This document shows positions 60,249 to 64,000 of a stretch of 64,000 nucleotides of DNA, one piece after another. Made by a program: the position numbers and the translations under genes. The first letter of the stretch is position 1. Each line of letters opens with the position of its first letter. The stretch comes from Candidatus Gastranaerophilales bacterium (lineage in GTDB: Bacteria; Cyanobacteriota; Vampirovibrionia; Gastranaerophilales; Gastranaerophilaceae), in the NCBI GenBank assembly GCA_944325885.1, contig CALVBT010000003.1:40251-104250 (forward strand), in the 5' to 3' direction. A model generated the notes under the pieces. The model ran no database searches, was not told where the DNA came from, and saw nothing but the letters and a program-made list of their open reading frames with translations.

Positions 60249-61400
60249 ATGACAAATATTTCTATCACATCTTACAGCGCAATATGCAATCTCGGCTCAA
60301 ACATAAATGAGATTTTAAAAAATGCCCTCGAGGGTAATTCGGGCTGTTTTACAAAAGATGATACAAAAATAAAAGGTAAAAGCTTTTTCTTTGGAGAAGT
60401 AAAAACATCCCTGCCGGAAATTTCACAAGAAGATTACAACACCAGAACAAATCGCCTTTTGCTTCACTGCTGCGAACAAATAAAACCCGAACTGCACAGG
60501 ATAATTGAAAAATACGGCAAAGACAGAATCGGTGTTGTCATAGGAACAACTGACACGGGTGTAGAAGAATTTGAAAAAAGCAAAAACATAAAACATACAG
60601 AAATTTCCAACCCCGCAGAATTTCTACACAAACATCTCGAGCTGGAATCTTACTATTGCGGAGTTTCTACTGCCTGCACCTCAGGAACAAAAGCTTTTTC
60701 TACAGCTGTAAACCTACTGCAAAACGGTGTATGTGATGCTGTTATAGCAGGTTCGACAGACGGTTTGTCAAAAACTCCGATTTTCGGATTCCATTCTCTT
60801 GAGGTACTGTCCTTTGATATAAGCAATCCTTTTTCCAAAAACAGGGACGGCATAAATATCGGTGAAGGGGCAGCGTTATTTATTTTAGAAAAAGACACAA
60901 AAAACGGTTTTAAAATCCTCGCAATAGGCGAAACCTCTGATGCATACCACAGTGCAACTCCGGCACCGGAAGGCATTGAAGCCTCACGAGCTATTGAGCA
61001 GGCTCTTGAAAAAGCGAATCTAAAACCCGAAGATATTGACTATATCAACATGCACGGCACAGGCACCGTAAGCAATGATATTATGGAAGCAAATGCAATA
61101 TACAGAATTTTTAAAGACAAAACGCCCTGCAGCACGACAAAATCACTGACAGGCCATTGTCTTGGAGCTTCTGCCGGAGTGGAAACAGCTATATGTCTGG
61201 CCGTTATGGACAAAAATTTGAATCCCGAAGGCTATTTACCCCCGCACGTTTTTGACGGACAATATGATGAACAGCTGCCTTTAATAAGGCTCGTAAAAAA
61301 ACACAGTACGGACAGAGAAACACACGGCAGCATTAAAAATGTAATGTGCAACTCTTTCGGCTTTGGCGGTTCCAATGCTGTTATTATTATCGGCAGATAA
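60249..61400 (+). CDS. Beta-ketoacyl-ACP synthase (KS)
   Basis: 383 aa. Active-site STACTSG, NMHGTGT and GHCLGASAGVE (Cys-His-His triad). Confidence 0.88.
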   Translation: MTNISITSYSAICNLGSNINEILKNALEGNSGCFTKDDTKIKGKSFFFGEVKTSLPEISQEDYNTRTNRLLLHCCEQIKPELHRIIEKYGKDRIGVVIGTTDTGVEEFEKSKNIKHTEISNPAEFLHKHLELESYYCGVSTACTSGTKAFSTAVNLLQNGVCDAVIAGSTDGLSKTPIFGFHSLEVLSFDISNPFSKNRDGINIGEGAALFILEKDTKNGFKILAIGETSDAYHSATPAPEGIEASRAIEQALEKANLKPEDIDYINMHGTGTVSNDIMEANAIYRIFKDKTPCSTTKSLTGHCLGASAGVETAICLAVMDKNLNPEGYLPPHVFDGQYDEQLPLIRLVKKHSTDRETHGSIKNVMCNSFGFGGSNAVIIIGR

Positions 61401-61412
61401 ATTAGAGAAACT

Positions 61413-61859
61413 ATGGAAACAAAATACGATTTATCAAAAATTTTACCCCACGACAAACCAATGATTCTTATAGATGAGCTGGTTGAAGTAGATACTGAAA
61501 AAAATTTTGCAAAGGCAAAAGTAAAAATTACAGAAGACAAAATATTTTATGACAGAGTGACAGAAGGGATATCACCGCTTGTCGGCATAGAATATATGGC
61601 GCAGACAATAGGATGTTATGCTTTTTATAAAAACGGAGCCTCTGAGCCGAAGATAGGTCTTTTGCTCGGTTCAAGAGCATATAAATGCAGCCTTGAAAAA
61701 TTTGAAAAAGATAAAGAATACACAATCACAGCACAGGAAATCTTCTCGGACAACGAGCTTGTTTCCTTTGAGTGTTTTATCTATAATGATGGTAAGGAAT
61801 GCGCCGCTGCTACAGTAAATGCATACCAGCCTGACAGCTTGGACACTGCTGTTTTGTAA
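61413..61859 (+). CDS. Hotdog-fold 3-hydroxyacyl-ACP dehydratase (ApeP-like)
   Basis: 148 aa. ILPHDKPMILIDELVEVD N-terminus, typical of this dehydratase family. Confidence 0.65.
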   Translation: METKYDLSKILPHDKPMILIDELVEVDTEKNFAKAKVKITEDKIFYDRVTEGISPLVGIEYMAQTIGCYAFYKNGASEPKIGLLLGSRAYKCSLEKFEKDKEYTITAQEIFSDNELVSFECFIYNDGKECAAATVNAYQPDSLDTAVL

Positions 61860-61884
61860 TAAAAAAGAGTGTGGGGTCGTTAAT

Positions 61885-62613
61885 ATGACAAAAGAAGTAT
61901 TTATAACTGGTTCCAGCAGAGGGATAGGAAAAGAAATCGCTCTATACCTTGCAAAAAGCGGGTTTGATATAGTCCTTCACTGCCGCAAAAACCTTGAACA
62001 GGCTCAGGATGTACAAAAAGAAGTTGAAAAGCTCGGTCAAAAAGCAAGAATCTTGCAGTTCGATATAACTGACAGACAGAAATGCGCCTCTGTCATCTCT
62101 AAAGATATTGAACAAAACGGAGTTTACTACGGCACTGTGCTGAATGCAGGCATTGCCAAAGATAATGTATTCCCTATTATGGAAGAAAACGAATGGGACG
62201 ATGTTATAAATACAAACCTCGGCAGTTTTTATAACATATTAAAACCAATTATTCTGCCAATGATAGAAAAAAGAATCAAAGGCAGAATCGTTACTCTTTC
62301 TTCTGTATCAGGGCTTGCCGGAAACCGTGGACAGGTAAACTACAGTGCATCAAAAGCAGGTATAATAGGAGCAACAAAAGCACTCAGTCAGGAACTTGCA
62401 AAAAGAGGAATAACGGTAAACTGTGTGGCTCCCGGTGTCATAGAAACAGATATGATAAAAGATATTCCATCTGACGAAGTAAAAAAAATAATCCCGATGA
62501 AACGTTTCGGAACACCAAAAGAAGTTGCAAGTCTTGTCAATTATCTGATGTCAGAAGACGCCTCTTACATCACAGGGCAGGTAATTTCTGTTAACGGGGG
62601 GCTTTATTCTTGA
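61885..62613 (+). CDS. fabG: 3-oxoacyl-ACP reductase
   Basis: The track ORF starts at 61819. The ATG at 61885 (MTKEVFITGSSRGIGKE) is the canonical SDR N-terminus. YSASKAG catalytic motif. Confidence 0.88.
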   Translation: MTKEVFITGSSRGIGKEIALYLAKSGFDIVLHCRKNLEQAQDVQKEVEKLGQKARILQFDITDRQKCASVISKDIEQNGVYYGTVLNAGIAKDNVFPIMEENEWDDVINTNLGSFYNILKPIILPMIEKRIKGRIVTLSSVSGLAGNRGQVNYSASKAGIIGATKALSQELAKRGITVNCVAPGVIETDMIKDIPSDEVKKIIPMKRFGTPKEVASLVNYLMSEDASYITGQVISVNGGLYS

Positions 62614-63833
62614 AAAGAGTAGTTGTGACAGGTATGGCATTGGCCAGTCCTCTCGGCTGCAGCGTTGATGAGGCTTTTTTAAGGCTGCAAAAATACGAAA
62701 ACTGTGTTGAATATGACCCCGCTCTTGAAGAATACGAAAATCTGAACTCAAAATTATGTACAAAAGTTCAAGGATTTGAAACACCCGAGCATTTTACAAG
62801 AAAAGTTTTAAGAACAATGGGCAGAGTGTCCGTCCTCAGCGTTGCCGCTGCAGAACAGGCACTGGAGCAGGCCGGACTTTTAAACGATGAAATAATCTCT
62901 AACGGCCAAACAGGTGTGAGCTACGGCTCCTCGTCGGGTTCATTGGACTCTATTATTGATTTTTATTCTATGGAAATAGAAAAAAAGCTAAGGAGCGTAA
63001 ACTCAGGTTCTTATATAAAAATGATGCCCCAAACCACAACGGTAAACATTTCTCTCTATTTTAAAACAAAAGGCAGGGTTGTGCCGACGTCAACGGCTTG
63101 TACCTCAGGTTCTATGGGCATAGGGTACGCTTATGAAGCCATAAAAAACGGATACCAGACAGTCATGATAGCCGGAGGAGCAGAAGAACTCCACCCCTCA
63201 CAGATTGCAATTTTTGACACACTATATGCAACGAGCCTGAAAAACAAGGAACCTCAAACAACACCAAGGCCCTTTGACAAAAACCGTGACGGGCTTGTTA
63301 TAGGAGAAGGGGCAGGCACATTGATTTTAGAAGAATACGAACACGCAAAAAAACGCGGCGCAAAAATCTATGCAGAGGTTATCGGTTTTGGCACAAGCAC
63401 TGACGGAAGCCATATTACAAACCCGAATTATCACACAATGGGCGCAGCCCTTGAGCTTGCGCTAAAAGATGCCAAAATTTCACCCGACGATATCGGATAC
63501 GTAAACGCACACGGAACAGCCACTCTCACCGGAGATGTGGCAGAATCCCTTGCCACACAGGAAGTTTTTTCAAGAGAAGTACCGATAAGCACTATCAAAA
63601 GTTACACCGGTCACACACTCGGAGCCTGCGGAGCAATCGAGGCAATACTTTCCATTGAAATGATGAACAACGGCTGGTTCTGTCCTAATTTGAATCTTGA
63701 AACAGTAGACGAAAAATGCGGAAAACTTGACTACATAAAAAATCAAGGCCGTGAAATCAACACAAACATTGTCATGTCAAACAACTTTGCCTTTGGCGGA
63801 ATAAATACTTCTTTGATATTTAAAAAGATTTAG
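62610..63833 (+). CDS. Beta-ketoacyl-ACP synthase II-like (FabF/FabB-like KS)
   Basis: 407 aa. TTG start overlapping the fabG stop. KRVVVTGM N-terminus. STACTSG, NAHGTAT and GHTLGACGAIE. Confidence 0.88.
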   Translation: MKRVVVTGMALASPLGCSVDEAFLRLQKYENCVEYDPALEEYENLNSKLCTKVQGFETPEHFTRKVLRTMGRVSVLSVAAAEQALEQAGLLNDEIISNGQTGVSYGSSSGSLDSIIDFYSMEIEKKLRSVNSGSYIKMMPQTTTVNISLYFKTKGRVVPTSTACTSGSMGIGYAYEAIKNGYQTVMIAGGAEELHPSQIAIFDTLYATSLKNKEPQTTPRPFDKNRDGLVIGEGAGTLILEEYEHAKKRGAKIYAEVIGFGTSTDGSHITNPNYHTMGAALELALKDAKISPDDIGYVNAHGTATLTGDVAESLATQEVFSREVPISTIKSYTGHTLGACGAIEAILSIEMMNNGWFCPNLNLETVDEKCGKLDYIKNQGREINTNIVMSNNFAFGGINTSLIFKKI

Positions 63834-64000
63834 TATTTAGCTTTCAGTGCTGTTAAAGACTGTTTATATTCTTTTTTCAGACACAATTTTTGATTCGTTA
63901 AATCTTCAATTTGTTTTTGATAATTCAAAATTTGCGTTCTGACTTTCGGGTCATTACAGTTGTCTTGAGCAGCAAGCTCCTGTATTGCCAGCATTTTGCC
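63830..64000 (-). CDS. Hypothetical coiled-coil protein, C-terminal fragment (partial; starts beyond window end)
   Basis: Own translation of the minus strand: ...GKMLAIQELAAQDNCNDPKVRTQILNYQKQIEDLTNQKLCLKKEYKQSLTALKAKY-stop. Open to the window edge. Too short to judge. Confidence 0.3.
   Translation of the reverse strand, partial: GKMLAIQELAAQDNCNDPKVRTQILNYQKQIEDLTNQKLCLKKEYKQSLTALKAKY

Overview
This is an AT-rich bacterial chromosomal window. All calls come from reading the sequence and the ORF track and from remembered family motifs; no searches were run. The envelope genes indicate a diderm organism: LPS heptose kinase, O-antigen-ligase-like protein, MsbA-like ABC transporter, porin-like barrel, LolA/MMPL genes and a VKOR-DsbA fusion. 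The lineage is not determinable here; a low-GC Gram-negative such as a Melainabacteria/Vampirovibrionia-like organism would fit, at low confidence.

(1) Bases 1-9620 are mobile DNA, all on the minus strand. They hold the early region of a Mu-like transposable prophage: Ner-like HTH, MuA-like DDE transposase, MuB-like AAA+ ATPase, GemA/DUF1018, Mor, and a coupled 82-aa + DUF4145-like pair.
- Directly before it lies a second, paralogous transposase + AAA+ module.
- The third gene of that second module looks like a DDE-less IS1595/ISXO2-derived HTH protein.
- The second module ends in a Mu-like 5'-TGTATTG tip 68 bp downstream of a tRNA-Ala(UGC) gene.
- The tRNA leader itself is tandemly duplicated (about 90-bp units).

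(2) Bases 10-20 kb carry envelope and housekeeping genes: GT8, HldA-like heptose kinase, DUF4330, O-antigen ligase family, VKOR-DsbA, QueH, MFS transporter and ROK glucokinase.

(3) Bases 19.7-27.5 kb carry lineage-specific proteins (a Q-rich protein and an EF-hand/LysM protein), the ABC exporter and a dGTPase-like HD protein. They are separated by unusually long, repeat-rich, structured intergenic regions.

(4) Bases 27.5-35.9 kb carry a CDP-3,6-dideoxyhexose cluster (ddhA/B/C) plus a ThDP enzyme, aldolase, HAD phosphatase, SDR and galE. This suggests a branched, yersiniose-like sugar.

(5) Bases 35.9-45.4 kb carry CoA-transferase A/B, pgi and a 2181-aa giant protein. The giant protein contains a bleomycin-hydrolase/PepC-like (C1B) cysteine peptidase whose Cys and His/Asn halves are separated by about 700 residues.

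(6) Bases 45.7-50.6 kb carry secreted and lipoprotein genes, an M48 pseudo-peptidase, an orphan GspF/PilC-like protein and a porin-like barrel.

(7) Bases 50.6-63.8 kb carry an aryl-polyene/xanthomonadin-type type II FAS/PKS-like lipid cluster: 2 ACPs, KS/CLF, KS, DH, FabG, an AMP-ligase-DH fusion, a thioesterase, LolA-like and MMPL proteins, two acyltransferases, an O-methyltransferase and a PPTase.

No rRNA, CRISPR array or cas genes were seen. The most interesting candidate is the tRNA-adjacent MuA/MuB-type module with the domesticated IS1595-like third gene.
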